Virus record (IMG/VR): IMGVR_UViG_3300027782_000032
Location: 126,372 to 190,371 of that record
From: a virus
Direction: 5' to 3' (one strand)
DNA length: 64,000 nucleotides
Part shown: one piece after another, positions 18,080 to 27,945 of the stretch
Layout: each line of letters begins with the position of its first letter
How positions within the stretch are numbered: position 1 is the stretch's first letter
Notes under the pieces: model-generated
Seen by the model: the letters and a program-made list of their open reading frames with translations, nothing else
Told to the model about the DNA's origin: nothing
Databases searched by the model: none
Made by a program: the position numbers and the translations under genes

Positions 18080-18828
18080 TACTTTGCGCCTTCAAGAGCG
18101 CTTATCTCTGCTCTTTCAAACTCAGCAGATTTTATTCTAGACATAACAGCAGCTGAACTCTCTAAAACCCTTAGCTTTCTAAGCCTAGGAATATTTGTAT
18201 AAATTGTGCTTCCAATTTTACAATTGTCTTCACCAAACTTTATCTTAAGTCTCTTTGTAAGGTTGTAATCATCTATTATGCCTACTATAGAATCTATTTT
18301 TAAGTACGTTAATTCGTACTCTTCTTCGTAAGGTTCTTCATTTAAAAAAAGCTCATCATTATCGCCTAATACTACATCGCCATTTGTCATAAAAGTTTTA
18401 ATAGCTGTTACTTCTATGAAGTTAGAGGCAGCAACTACTGTCGGATGGCCTGTAACAGCAGTAGGCTGTACATAAATGCATGGTACCTCTTCCAGACTTA
18501 AAGTAATAACAGTGTCGTACTTATCTGAATATTTATAAACTGCATACTTTTTATCAACCAATGTAGCTAGCATTTTTTTAAACTCAGGAGAATCATCTTT
18601 AAGTAAAAACTCCATAAGCCCCTGATCACCTCCAGACGCGTACGCTATGCTGTTTATAATCTTCTTACTTAAAGCTGTAATAGTAGGGCAGTATATAACC
18701 TCTTCGAAGTAAGGAGCAACTTCTCCTCTCTTTTTCCATGAAGGCATGTTTTCATAACCTAAAACAACCGACCAAACCTTAGGTACTTTTTCTGAAAACC
18801 TTGTCTTCTTTTTAGTTTCTTCTGTCAT
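18079..18828 (-). CDS. hypothetical protein in the replication block
   Basis: 249-aa ORF. Confidence 0.65.
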   Translation of the reverse strand: MTEETKKKTRFSEKVPKVWSVVLGYENMPSWKKRGEVAPYFEEVIYCPTITALSKKIINSIAYASGGDQGLMEFLLKDDSPEFKKMLATLVDKKYAVYKYSDKYDTVITLSLEEVPCIYVQPTAVTGHPTVVAASNFIEVTAIKTFMTNGDVVLGDNDELFLNEEPYEEEYELTYLKIDSIVGIIDDYNLTKRLKIKFGEDNCKIGSTIYTNIPRLRKLRVLESSAAVMSRIKSAEFERAEISALEGAK

Positions 18829-18854
18829 GTTGTACTCAATTCTTTTAAAAAGGT

Positions 18855-20408
18855 TTAAAGTTCTTCATCTACTGAATCAAACGCTTCATCTAATATGTCT
18901 GCTTCAAAGTTATGAGTATCTATCTCAGACTTAATAAACTTCTCAGCCCAACCCATTTGCTTGTAGCTAGCCCTTCTACTCTTACTTCTATTAAGGAAAG
19001 TAAAATCGAAGGCATCCATGAAATCAACAACCAAACCAAACTTTTTACCTGACTCGTCATGTTTTCTAGCAACTCTACCTGGAGCTTGAATATCTACTAT
19101 CTTGCTAGATCTAGCATCTGCTCGTATCAACACGCAAAGCTGTGCAAAGTCTACACCTGTAGACCACACGTCAGTGCTTATAACTTTTTTTAGAGTAGCC
19201 CTCTCAAAGCCAAGTCTCATATCTTCTCTTCTAGCAGGAGTCATCAAAGGCTCGGCAACTGGGTCAATAAGTTCCTTGTTTACATAAGCTTGGTAGTCGT
19301 CTGGATCCATTGAGTCATAACACAGCTGAAACTCAGGTAGAAACTGCTTAAGATGTATAGCGTGCTCTATTGACTTAACCATGATTAAAACCTGATCATC
19401 ATCATCGTACTCTCTAGCTTTAGCCGCTATAGCTTTATTTCTTTCTTCGTTTCGCCATATACCCCACCTCTCCTTAGACACTCCACTCATATCTGAAAAT
19501 GCGCTTGGACCATTACCCTTTACATACACCCACTCAACCTTGATAGGAACTACAAGGTCTACGCTTACAGCGTCGCTATATGATAGTTGGAATATCCTAG
19601 GCCCAAATATTGCTTCTAGCATGAAATGAGCTCCATCCATTCTTCCGTCTGGAGAAGCAGTGAACCCAAACTTACGTGTCCTCATAAACTTACCTAGTTC
19701 ATGCTGATACGTTGGAGCTACAGCTTCGTGTGCTTCATCGTAAAGAAGGATGTCTGCCAGACCTTCGCCTTCGTGGGATATCCTATGCATACTATCAGCA
19801 GTAATAACTGTAACTCTATCCCAAGTCTTCTTCCCGCTACCAACCATTCCAAGAGCAGGTATAAACTTTGACAACCCAGAGTGAATGCGACGCATAACGT
19901 CAACTCTTCTGGTTACTATCTGAATCTTTGCTTTTGGATAAGCCAAGCATACTGCTGCAAACATAAAAGTCTTACCAAAGCCTGTTGGCCCTACGATGAT
20001 GCCGCCGCGAGAAGTAAGTATAGCTGCCAAGCATTCATCCTGCTTGTCTCTAAGCTCCATCCTACCCTTTAGTCTCATTATGTCGTACTTGAAGGCTGGG
20101 CCGCTGTGGTATTCTTTGTCTATGTCTACAATTGAAACCTTGTAGCCTAATCGCTCTGCATCAGCTTTTACCTTTGATAAAAACCCAGCTGGGCAAACCA
20201 AGTTATTAAGACCGTCATATTGAAACACTCTTCTTATCTCTGTGGTTATTCCACCCTTCTTTGAAAAGTAGGTGGGTTGGTTGTAAGTGTTGTGAGTGTA
20301 ACAAAGCCTGCTCTCTAAGCTTTTAGACAAGTCTTCCGGTAGAGAACTCATTCCTGGCACTGACACTTGAAGCAGAGAGTTACCTATAGTAAATAAAACT
20401 TCACTCAT
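18855..20408 (-). CDS. superfamily 2 (UvsW/XPB-like) helicase
   Basis: Start moved to MSEVLF (GGAG RBS); LRDKQ, GPTGFGKT, LLYDEAHE, GFTASP, STDVWSTGVD, QAPGRVAR. Confidence 0.9.
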   Translation of the reverse strand: MSEVLFTIGNSLLQVSVPGMSSLPEDLSKSLESRLCYTHNTYNQPTYFSKKGGITTEIRRVFQYDGLNNLVCPAGFLSKVKADAERLGYKVSIVDIDKEYHSGPAFKYDIMRLKGRMELRDKQDECLAAILTSRGGIIVGPTGFGKTFMFAAVCLAYPKAKIQIVTRRVDVMRRIHSGLSKFIPALGMVGSGKKTWDRVTVITADSMHRISHEGEGLADILLYDEAHEAVAPTYQHELGKFMRTRKFGFTASPDGRMDGAHFMLEAIFGPRIFQLSYSDAVSVDLVVPIKVEWVYVKGNGPSAFSDMSGVSKERWGIWRNEERNKAIAAKAREYDDDDQVLIMVKSIEHAIHLKQFLPEFQLCYDSMDPDDYQAYVNKELIDPVAEPLMTPARREDMRLGFERATLKKVISTDVWSTGVDFAQLCVLIRADARSSKIVDIQAPGRVARKHDESGKKFGLVVDFMDAFDFTFLNRSKSRRASYKQMGWAEKFIKSEIDTHNFEADILDEAFDSVDEEL

Positions 20409-20631
20409 AATCGCTCCTTCGAACTTTAAACTCAAAATAATAGATTTATGGCAGCCTCTGGAGGTACCAGTGATTGCCACTTTTGTTGTTACTAAGTAGG
20501 TCTTTCGGATTCTATTTTGATAGAAGGTTTGAGTCAATTACTGAACTTAAAACAAGTTTTGTAATTGATTACAAAGCGTTACATGCTAGTAAGTTAAACT
20601 TAATAATATTAAAAATAAACTTACATGTACA

Positions 20632-21546
20632 CTACTTCAACTTGCTAAGGTGAATAGCCAAACCTATTGAATCCTTCTCTTGTGAAAAGAAAAGATCTGG
20701 ATCAAACACTTTCTCCATCCAAGGGTTTGGATATGGATATATGCTGTCCATCCAAGCCATACGTACAAACTTGATAAAGAGCTGAGACATTCTTAACGAA
20801 CTAACCCAAGGTTTGTGGTTTGCCCATTTAGTACTGCCTTCTCTTATAATAAACCAACCAGGCCTAGTCATCTCGGATATGGAAGCTGACAAGCCCTTGG
20901 ACCAGCAGGAGTAAACGTCAAACTTCTTTACAAGCTTATCGTCAGTCTGTGGTCCATTGCACAAGCCAAGCCAAGAATACAACCTTGAAAGCCTAGATGG
21001 ATGGTTAGGGTCTATATACCACCTTGGGTCACCTATTCTAGCCATAACCTTTGTGAAGAACATGTCATCTATATGAGGTATGAAGCTTACATAGTTCCAT
21101 ACAGGATGCTGCTTCATTAGCTCACAAGCTTTTATGTGAGAGCCTTCTGTCTCTGATCTTATAAGAGCCCCAACCCCGTATGAAGCGCAATCTAACATAT
21201 CAGCCTCATGCCAACCACCTAAAGACGGAATAGCTGAAGCCATTCTCATCTTAATAAGATTAGCCGGCGCATCGTTGTTAGATACTATGATTGGGCTGCC
21301 TATCTCAAGAGACTTGAGCCTGTGCTTAACTTTAAGCCGGTACAATCTTACAATCATACCGGCGTTTGAACCACTACCTAAAACACGAATCTTATCAGGG
21401 CAGTTTCCAGAGGTCTCAAGCTTGTCTATGTAACCCTCAACAGTAAGCTTAGTGCTGTAAGGCATTCTGTCGCCTTCTATAACCCACACCTCACTGTTGC
21501 TGTCTAAGGCAAGCTTGAAAACCGAACCTTCTACTGTTGTACCCAT
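20632..21546 (-). CDS. protein with degenerate IS110/IS116 transposase C-terminal-like domain
   Basis: HPVWNYVSFIPHIDDMFFTKVMARIGDPRWY and SRLYSWLGL echo IPGIG..AA.LLAEIGD..RF and L.SYAGL. Confidence 0.45.
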   Translation of the reverse strand: MGTTVEGSVFKLALDSNSEVWVIEGDRMPYSTKLTVEGYIDKLETSGNCPDKIRVLGSGSNAGMIVRLYRLKVKHRLKSLEIGSPIIVSNNDAPANLIKMRMASAIPSLGGWHEADMLDCASYGVGALIRSETEGSHIKACELMKQHPVWNYVSFIPHIDDMFFTKVMARIGDPRWYIDPNHPSRLSRLYSWLGLCNGPQTDDKLVKKFDVYSCWSKGLSASISEMTRPGWFIIREGSTKWANHKPWVSSLRMSQLFIKFVRMAWMDSIYPYPNPWMEKVFDPDLFFSQEKDSIGLAIHLSKLK

Positions 21547-21553
21547 CTATCAC

Positions 21554-23668
21554 CTATTTATAAAGAGTCAGCGTATGATCGCACATGCGCTCCATAGCTT
21601 TCTCGTGACTGACTACAATAACTTGCAGTCCAGAGGACTTAGACATAGCTCTTAGTCTATTGAAAGCTGTGTCTAAACATTCGATGTTGTCATCGTCTAG
21701 ACCTACGGTTGGTTCATCAAGTACTAACAGGTTTACACCTGAAGCTACTCCAAACTGAACAGCTAGCCTGAATGCAAGAGCCAGAACAACCTTCTCACCG
21801 CCTGACAATCTAGCCGCTGGTAAGTCTCTTCCGTCATTGAACTTTGCCCAGAACACAAGCTCGTCATCAGAGTAAACTCTGAACGGAGCGTTAAAGTCTT
21901 CTAGATACTCATTCAACTTAATCACTGTCCTCTTTAAGTAGTTTACCGTAAGTCTCTTCGGTAAGTTAGACTTATGCATAACTTCTTTAAGATTTTCAAA
22001 ATGATCCTTAGCAACTTTATTAACCCTAGCTTCTTCTATGTCTCCAACCAGCTTATCTCTTCTATTATATAAGTAATCTAAAGTTTCAACAGTTGCTTTT
22101 GATTGCTCTTCAAATCGTATTTTCTTTTCTCTGTCTTGATTTACTAAATTGATGCTATCACACAATACTCTTTCTTGCATGTAGTAGTCTTCACTTATGT
22201 TGCATTCTTTACTTCTAGTTTCAATCTGAGACAAAAGTGAGTCTCTGGTTGCTTTTAAAGAAGTTATGCAAAAGTCTAAAGCAGAAAGCTTTGATGACAA
22301 AGACTCATAGGATGTTCTAAGCTCAGTAAAGGTAGAAATAAACTTATTAACCTCGTCTTCAGAAACAGAAGGCTGCTCAGGTCTTTCAGTCTGAAGTTTT
22401 AGTGTAATTAACTCAAGCTTACTGTTAAGACCAGCTAAGTCTGAAGAGTGTTTGTAATTAGCAGTGTCGTACTCTCTGCTAAGCTGATACTGCTTCTTCA
22501 TGTGGTCTATGAGTGGAGACGTCTCCACTAGATGCTTAGATATAGCGTCTATTGCAGCTAAAAGTACTTCTCCGGTAGTACCACATACAGGGCACTCTTT
22601 CTTTGAAGTAAGTTGAATTAGGTTCTGCCTCTTAGCTTCTAAAGCCCCAGCCGACTGTGAGTACTTCTCAAAATCTAAACCACTAGACTCTATGTAAGGA
22701 GACGGCTTTATAGGAGCAGATGCAACTAGTACTGATATACTTTCTTCAACTATAACAAGCTGAGCCTCATTAGCTGCTTTGCTATTGTCGTACTTATGTA
22801 TAAGACTCCACTGATACTGATGTTTTTTATACTCAGATAGAGCTGCATCTGAGTCTTTAACTAAAGACAGGTCATCAACCTTTGCTGAAAGAGGAGGCCT
22901 AGCTTCTTCTGCCTGACTTAGATCAGACAAAACTAAACTTAGAGTTTCTGAACACTTGTTGATGTCACGTTTTACATCTTTCTTTCTTCTTACTTCGCTG
23001 AGGTCTTTTTGAAGCTCAGTGTCGTCTACTACGTTTAAAGACACTTCCTTCAAAGATTTCGATATAGACTCAAGTAGTAGAGTCTTCTCTCGTATCTGAG
23101 CAAGTACAGACTCTACAGTTTCAGATGGAACCTGCACTAATATCTTAGATGAATATTTATTTATCTCGTCGTAGCAAAGTTCTGCTTTGTCTAAACCGTA
23201 TAGCGACTGCAGAGCTGACAGCCTGTCAGATTTAGGTAAAGTAAATATGCTGAACATCTGCCATTGGTCTACAAATATGTAGTCAGACAATATGTTAGAG
23301 CTTACTCCGACCAAACCTTCGATAGCAGTAGTAACTTCTCTGTCTCCAGTCAGTGGAGGCATAGAGTTTATAATTAAAGACCGCTTGTTAGGTCTTAGGT
23401 TCCTCTTTATAACAGCCTTACCGCCTGTTGTAGAAAATGTTAGCTCTACAAATGACTCATCTTTATCTGAGCATATTTTATTAATGTTTTCTGATAGAAC
23501 ACCTTCATTCCTTTTAAAATCTCCAGTAAGAGCTGCGTACGCTCCCTTGATAGCGTTAGACTTTCCTCCACCGTTAGGCCCTGTTATGGCAGTTATGCCA
23601 TCAAGAAAAGTCCAGTCAAGTTCTTGATGCTGGCAGAAGTTACGCAACCGAAGTTTATCAAGTCTCAT
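21554..23668 (-). CDS. sbcC: SbcC/Rad50-like ABC ATPase (gp46-like)
   Basis: TGPNGGGKS, coiled coils, zinc hook CPVC, LSGGEK, LVLDEPT, VSH. Confidence 0.95.
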   Translation of the reverse strand: MRLDKLRLRNFCQHQELDWTFLDGITAITGPNGGGKSNAIKGAYAALTGDFKRNEGVLSENINKICSDKDESFVELTFSTTGGKAVIKRNLRPNKRSLIINSMPPLTGDREVTTAIEGLVGVSSNILSDYIFVDQWQMFSIFTLPKSDRLSALQSLYGLDKAELCYDEINKYSSKILVQVPSETVESVLAQIREKTLLLESISKSLKEVSLNVVDDTELQKDLSEVRRKKDVKRDINKCSETLSLVLSDLSQAEEARPPLSAKVDDLSLVKDSDAALSEYKKHQYQWSLIHKYDNSKAANEAQLVIVEESISVLVASAPIKPSPYIESSGLDFEKYSQSAGALEAKRQNLIQLTSKKECPVCGTTGEVLLAAIDAISKHLVETSPLIDHMKKQYQLSREYDTANYKHSSDLAGLNSKLELITLKLQTERPEQPSVSEDEVNKFISTFTELRTSYESLSSKLSALDFCITSLKATRDSLLSQIETRSKECNISEDYYMQERVLCDSINLVNQDREKKIRFEEQSKATVETLDYLYNRRDKLVGDIEEARVNKVAKDHFENLKEVMHKSNLPKRLTVNYLKRTVIKLNEYLEDFNAPFRVYSDDELVFWAKFNDGRDLPAARLSGGEKVVLALAFRLAVQFGVASGVNLLVLDEPTVGLDDDNIECLDTAFNRLRAMSKSSGLQVIVVSHEKAMERMCDHTLTLYK
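22512..22529. repeat. dispersed palindrome, copy 2 (AGTGGAGACGTCTCCACT, inside sbcC)
   Basis: Perfect 18-bp palindrome; read as V-E-T-S-P. Confidence 0.95.
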
Positions 23669-23709
23669 GATACCTCCAATCTAGTAGGGTAAATGATACA
23701 TACTAAACA

Positions 23710-23745
23710 AAATAAGCCCACCCCAAAGAAGAGGTAGGCTTATTT
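23710..23745 (-). terminator. intrinsic terminator
   Basis: AAATAAGCC/GGCTTATTT arms plus ACC/GGT, U-rich tail on the minus strand. Confidence 0.55.
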
Positions 23746-23763
23746 AAAATATAAAACAGTATG

Positions 23764-24438
23764 TTACTTAGTCATAGTTTTATCAGGACCTATGCCTGTA
23801 TATGGTCTGCCATTTAAGGAGCCTCCTGGCACGGCTTGCATAACTGCAGGAGCTATAGATGGAGGAGCAGGCTTTGGAATTCTTGTAGCTGGCCTGCTTC
23901 CTTTAATTGTAGCAGGCTTCTTTACTGAAACTGGCTTTTTAGGTTTAGCCTTATTAATACCTTTAGTCTTAGGAGGAAGTACCTTAGGCTTACCGGTAGG
24001 CTTACCCTTAGGCTTTGGGTTACTAGGAGCCAACGGAGACTCAACTACAGGCTTAGTTGATGGAGGATCAGGAATAGGCTCAGCTGTATTAGATGGCGGT
24101 GGAAACCCTGTACAAATCTCAGGAGGAATACTCCATGTGTCAAAGCTTCCATAAATTCCAAAAGAATTAGTAGTAGTAACAGTTGGCGGTGAAGGAACTT
24201 TTACTCCTGGAAAGTCTTTATACTGTTTAACTAACTGGTTATAATAATCACCTGCTGAGTTAACTTGTGCTCTTGCAGTACCCAAACTTTGAGAAATAGT
24301 ATTGTCCCATCCTGTATTATCTTTAAGCTGTGATCGTTTATTATCTAAATCAGTTACTGCTGCTTTAAGATCGTCTTTAGCAGCCTGCAGATCTTTGTTA
24401 GCCTTGTCTGGGTCAAACTTAAAAAACATGCTGGTCAT
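23764..24438 (-). CDS. hypothetical protein: N-terminal coiled coil, Pro/Lys-rich disordered C-terminus
   Basis: Composition; RBS-like GAGG upstream. Confidence 0.55.
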   Translation of the reverse strand: MTSMFFKFDPDKANKDLQAAKDDLKAAVTDLDNKRSQLKDNTGWDNTISQSLGTARAQVNSAGDYYNQLVKQYKDFPGVKVPSPPTVTTTNSFGIYGSFDTWSIPPEICTGFPPPSNTAEPIPDPPSTKPVVESPLAPSNPKPKGKPTGKPKVLPPKTKGINKAKPKKPVSVKKPATIKGSRPATRIPKPAPPSIAPAVMQAVPGGSLNGRPYTGIGPDKTMTK

Positions 24439-24509
24439 GTTATTACCTCGCTAACTGAAAATATGTGGTAGCCAGTTGTAGCCAGCTACCATTATCTCCT
24501 ATAAACCTT

Positions 24510-25646
24510 TCAAGTTCCACCACTTTTTATGTCACTAAGCATGTTATCCAACTCGCCCCTCAAATCCTCTACTGATCTGCTAGACCATAGCTTTATAAGG
24601 TCATTGTAGCTTCTTTCGGTAACATCACAAAAATCCTTTAAAGACTCATGAAATGACGAGTTTATATCAAAAGATCCTACTAGCTTGTCCAAGTCAGAAG
24701 CTACTGATGGCAAGTCAACTATTTCTTCAATTATAGGCACAAGGTCCACGTGAGCCTTGTCCTTAAAAGCTGAAGTTATAGCTGCGTTAACGTTATCTAA
24801 CTTAGTAGAGTAACGTATCCTAAATATAGGCCGTCCTATGTCGTTAGGCATATCGTCAGACTCAACTTTTTCAGCAACCTTTACCATAGTGTGAAGGTCG
24901 CTTTCTGAGTTTATTACTGACTGAATTAGTCGCCTTGTCTTATAAGGTGCTGATACAAACCCAAGGTCTTCAGTCATAATCCAAGCTGCTTTGTTGCAAG
25001 ACTCTTTCAAATCTTGAAGACATATGCTGCCTGGAGATACAAACTTCATGTCATTAACGTCTGATATAAAATGTGAGTGAAAGTCTCCACTTATAAGAGC
25101 CTTGTACTTAAGGTTGTGTTCTACTAACGAGTAAGAGCAGCAAAATTCTTGTCCTGTATGAGGAAGCAGCTCGCTCCAAACCTGATGAGTAACTAGAACA
25201 TCTGCAGGTCTAAATCTGTTGTAAGAGTCTTCAACAGACTTAGGAAGAAAGTAGTCGTAACCAAAAAAGTCCACTCCTTTTATTTTAAAGTTCTTGTTAT
25301 GAACGTTTTCACAACCTTTAAACAGACTAAGCCAGGTAGGGTCTGACATCTCGTGCTGACCTTGCACATAGTATACCGGCAATCCTTTTTCATACATCCT
25401 TGCCATCTGGTTTGAAACAACATGTATGCTGTAAGAGTCAGGATTCTTTATGTCAAACAAATCACCAGCCGCTATAAGCGGTACGCTTAGGGCTATAGCC
25501 ATATCAACTATTTGTGTAAGAGAGTATTCAGCATCTCCTTTTATACTTGGAAACTTCTTCCAAGCATTAAGTGCAACATGCCAATCAGATGTAACTACTG
25601 CCAAAGGTTTTGAATTTAAAGAAACATTATTAATAGGATTTTTCAT
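24510..25646 (-). CDS. sbcD: SbcD/Mre11-like metallophosphoesterase nuclease (gp47-like)
   Basis: Start moved to MKNPIN (GGAG RBS); VTSDWH, AAGDLFD, VQGQHE, SGDFH, SPGS. Confidence 0.9.
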   Translation of the reverse strand: MKNPINNVSLNSKPLAVVTSDWHVALNAWKKFPSIKGDAEYSLTQIVDMAIALSVPLIAAGDLFDIKNPDSYSIHVVSNQMARMYEKGLPVYYVQGQHEMSDPTWLSLFKGCENVHNKNFKIKGVDFFGYDYFLPKSVEDSYNRFRPADVLVTHQVWSELLPHTGQEFCCSYSLVEHNLKYKALISGDFHSHFISDVNDMKFVSPGSICLQDLKESCNKAAWIMTEDLGFVSAPYKTRRLIQSVINSESDLHTMVKVAEKVESDDMPNDIGRPIFRIRYSTKLDNVNAAITSAFKDKAHVDLVPIIEEIVDLPSVASDLDKLVGSFDINSSFHESLKDFCDVTERSYNDLIKLWSSRSVEDLRGELDNMLSDIKSGGT

Positions 25647-25724
25647 GAATGCTCCACTGTCCATTGGATTTAAAACAATATAATACTCTAGGCGGTAACT
25701 GAAACCACTTCAGGAGAACTAAAA

Positions 25725-25910
25725 ATGCTAATATTATCAAGAAAAGTAGAAGAGTCTATAAAGATATCAGACGATATCGTAATAAAGATAGTTCGTATAA
25801 GTGGCAACCAAGTTAAGATAGGAATAGAAGCACCAGCTCACATGACTGTTAGCAGGTCAGAAGATAAAACTAGATCTGTTGGTAAGTTTAACCTTAAACA
25901 TACCTCATAA
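25725..25910 (+). CDS. csrA: carbon storage regulator CsrA/RsmA homologue
   Basis: [44 protein letters not shown]; AGGAG RBS; perfect TATAAT at 25679-25684. Confidence 0.92.
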   Translation: MLILSRKVEESIKISDDIVIKIVRISGNQVKIGIEAPAHMTVSRSEDKTRSVGKFNLKHTS

Positions 25911-27096
25911 TAAGTTTATTCCAATCAATAACAGCTTTAGACCAAAGCTTAAAGTAATCGCAGCACTCCTGTGAGCAGCCGCTTTCGTCTGGTGTTAGCG
26001 TCATCATCGCTTCAGCTATGTAATTAGACATAACACCAGCATCTGCCTTAGCCTCCTCAGGAGGAGCACTGTAGTTACTTAAAACCCACTCTAGACCTCT
26101 CCACACATCTTCATTAAGTCTTATACCTGAAGCCTCTGCCACTAAGCAATTCATTCTGTCACTAAGCCTAAGGTGATCTAAGTTAGGGTAGCCATAGCAC
26201 CATGCGTCACCACTAAGCTTTAAAGCAGCCTGAGCAAACAGACCAAACCATATATCATCGAATCGTTTGTAATTAGACAGCATACCCATAGGAGGAAATA
26301 AAGCATGAGGCAACATCGAGTCTATAAACGCTAGGTTCATTCCACATATAGGGTAAACCACAGAAGGATGAGCTAACACAGGACCGTGAAGTAAAGGAAG
26401 AACTGCTTTCTCAAGAGATGGGTTACTTATTCTTTGTATTGAATCAAAATCAGGCATTCCCTCCCACGTACCTACGCTCATTGAAACAAAAGGTTTGTGT
26501 AAGTGAGTTGTATTAGTAAAGTACGGCACACCTCTTACGCGCACTCCAGGCACTGTAGAAGACCAGACGTTAAAATCAAATAAATTTGATAAATGAGACT
26601 TAAAGAAGTCTCCGCCTCGTTCACCTTTTGAAGGACGACAGTCATCATCTAATGTAAATACAACATGTTCTCTATATTCATTTATCTTTCTTTTAGCGTT
26701 TAAAGAACAAGCTTGAAGAAACCCGTAACTTCGTATTGCTGAATCTTTTTTACTAAAACAAGAAAAACCTGCGTATTCAAACATATCTATAGGTATAGGC
26801 AAGCAGTCTATCAAATTGTAGTCTGAGCTTCCTATGTAGGTTGCGTCCCAACTATGAAAATGCAAACGGTATTTTTTAATGTTGATCAGGTCTAACAACT
26901 CGCTAAAGTCTTTAAAACCTGATGAATGACCGTCATATACTATGTGAACGTCTTCAGGAAAACACTCTAGAGATTCCCAAGCTAACAAAAAATCACTTAT
27001 CTCATTCAGCCTTATAGTTGGTACTACTAAGGAAGAATATACTAAAGGAACTTTTGATAAGTTTTGAAGATAGAACGGTTTAAGGATGTTAGTCAT
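25894..27096 (-). CDS. GT75 / reversibly glycosylated polypeptide (UDP-arabinopyranose mutase)-like protein
   Basis: [41 protein letters not shown] and GYPNLDH are colinear with plant RGP/UAM FTIDDDC, VRGYPF, GLWLNIPDYD, FPMCGMNLAF, RYDDMWAG and GLPYIWH. Confidence 0.75.
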   Translation of the reverse strand: MTNILKPFYLQNLSKVPLVYSSLVVPTIRLNEISDFLLAWESLECFPEDVHIVYDGHSSGFKDFSELLDLINIKKYRLHFHSWDATYIGSSDYNLIDCLPIPIDMFEYAGFSCFSKKDSAIRSYGFLQACSLNAKRKINEYREHVVFTLDDDCRPSKGERGGDFFKSHLSNLFDFNVWSSTVPGVRVRGVPYFTNTTHLHKPFVSMSVGTWEGMPDFDSIQRISNPSLEKAVLPLLHGPVLAHPSVVYPICGMNLAFIDSMLPHALFPPMGMLSNYKRFDDIWFGLFAQAALKLSGDAWCYGYPNLDHLRLSDRMNCLVAEASGIRLNEDVWRGLEWVLSNYSAPPEEAKADAGVMSNYIAEAMMTLTPDESGCSQECCDYFKLWSKAVIDWNKLIMRYV

Positions 27097-27106
27097 GTAT
27101 ACCTTT

Positions 27107-27922
27107 CTAGATTACACCGCGCATAAACGATGGAATAGGTCTTAAACTTGAATCAATAGGTCCTTGATTACCTCTAAAGAACCATTTGTCAAATCCAGCA
27201 CCGTCAAAAACCCTGTTATGAAAACCAAGACCTTCAGCTAAGTCAACCGGGTTCCAAGTTCTGCTTACTTGTTCACGGTGTTTATTTTTACACATGTCGT
27301 AGTCAAGTTTATGAAGGTGAACAAGGAAAAGGTCGTTGCTTACTTTTGGCTGAGATGGCACGTTTAAAATATGAAAACCAACGTCCCACTTACAAGAAAC
27401 TTTAGATATAAGAGTCTTGTTATAAATAGTGTCGTAACGCCAAAAACCTCTTTGATTAAAAATAGGTTTTGACAAATCTATAGAAGGCTCTTTGGCTGGG
27501 TCGTGGTCTAATGCCAAACCTACACATCTTAAAAGTGACAATCCTGGCTCAGCAAACCGCTTAGACACGTACTCGTTAAGGCCGTAAGGATGTAGCTCTG
27601 GGTTAGGTACTAATATCTCATCAGACTCTGCAAACGCTACTACATCATAGCTTTGAAGCAAAAACGATTGAAAAGATTGAACTGTGTCTCTTAGCCACCC
27701 ATGATCAAAACTAAAAAACCTATGCACCGGTACAATATTAACTCCAGCTTTCCTATGTCTGTCTAAAGACGCTAAAGAAGATTCTGTTGCAGAGTTGTGA
27801 TTAAGTATGTATAAATCTTCTTTAGGAATGGTCTTAGAATAGTAGTTAACCCATATATCTAAAAAAAAGTCTTCGTTTTGAACAATAGTAAAGGCCGCTA
27901 GTTGTTTCTTTGACTTTGACAT
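27107..27922 (-). CDS. GT-A fold glycosyltransferase family 2-like protein
   Basis: AAFTIVQNEDFFLDIWVNYY, LYILNHNS, AFAESDEILV, KTL, GFH. Confidence 0.7.
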   Translation of the reverse strand: MSKSKKQLAAFTIVQNEDFFLDIWVNYYSKTIPKEDLYILNHNSATESSLASLDRHRKAGVNIVPVHRFFSFDHGWLRDTVQSFQSFLLQSYDVVAFAESDEILVPNPELHPYGLNEYVSKRFAEPGLSLLRCVGLALDHDPAKEPSIDLSKPIFNQRGFWRYDTIYNKTLISKVSCKWDVGFHILNVPSQPKVSNDLFLVHLHKLDYDMCKNKHREQVSRTWNPVDLAEGLGFHNRVFDGAGFDKWFFRGNQGPIDSSLRPIPSFMRGVI

Positions 27923-27945
27923 TGTAAATCCTTAGAAAGAAAAAC

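Noticed and set aside
20632-21546. Active IS110 insertion sequence
   Set aside because: No element boundaries, no catalytic DEDD or Ser motifs, and tight operon packing; kept only as a possibly domesticated protein.
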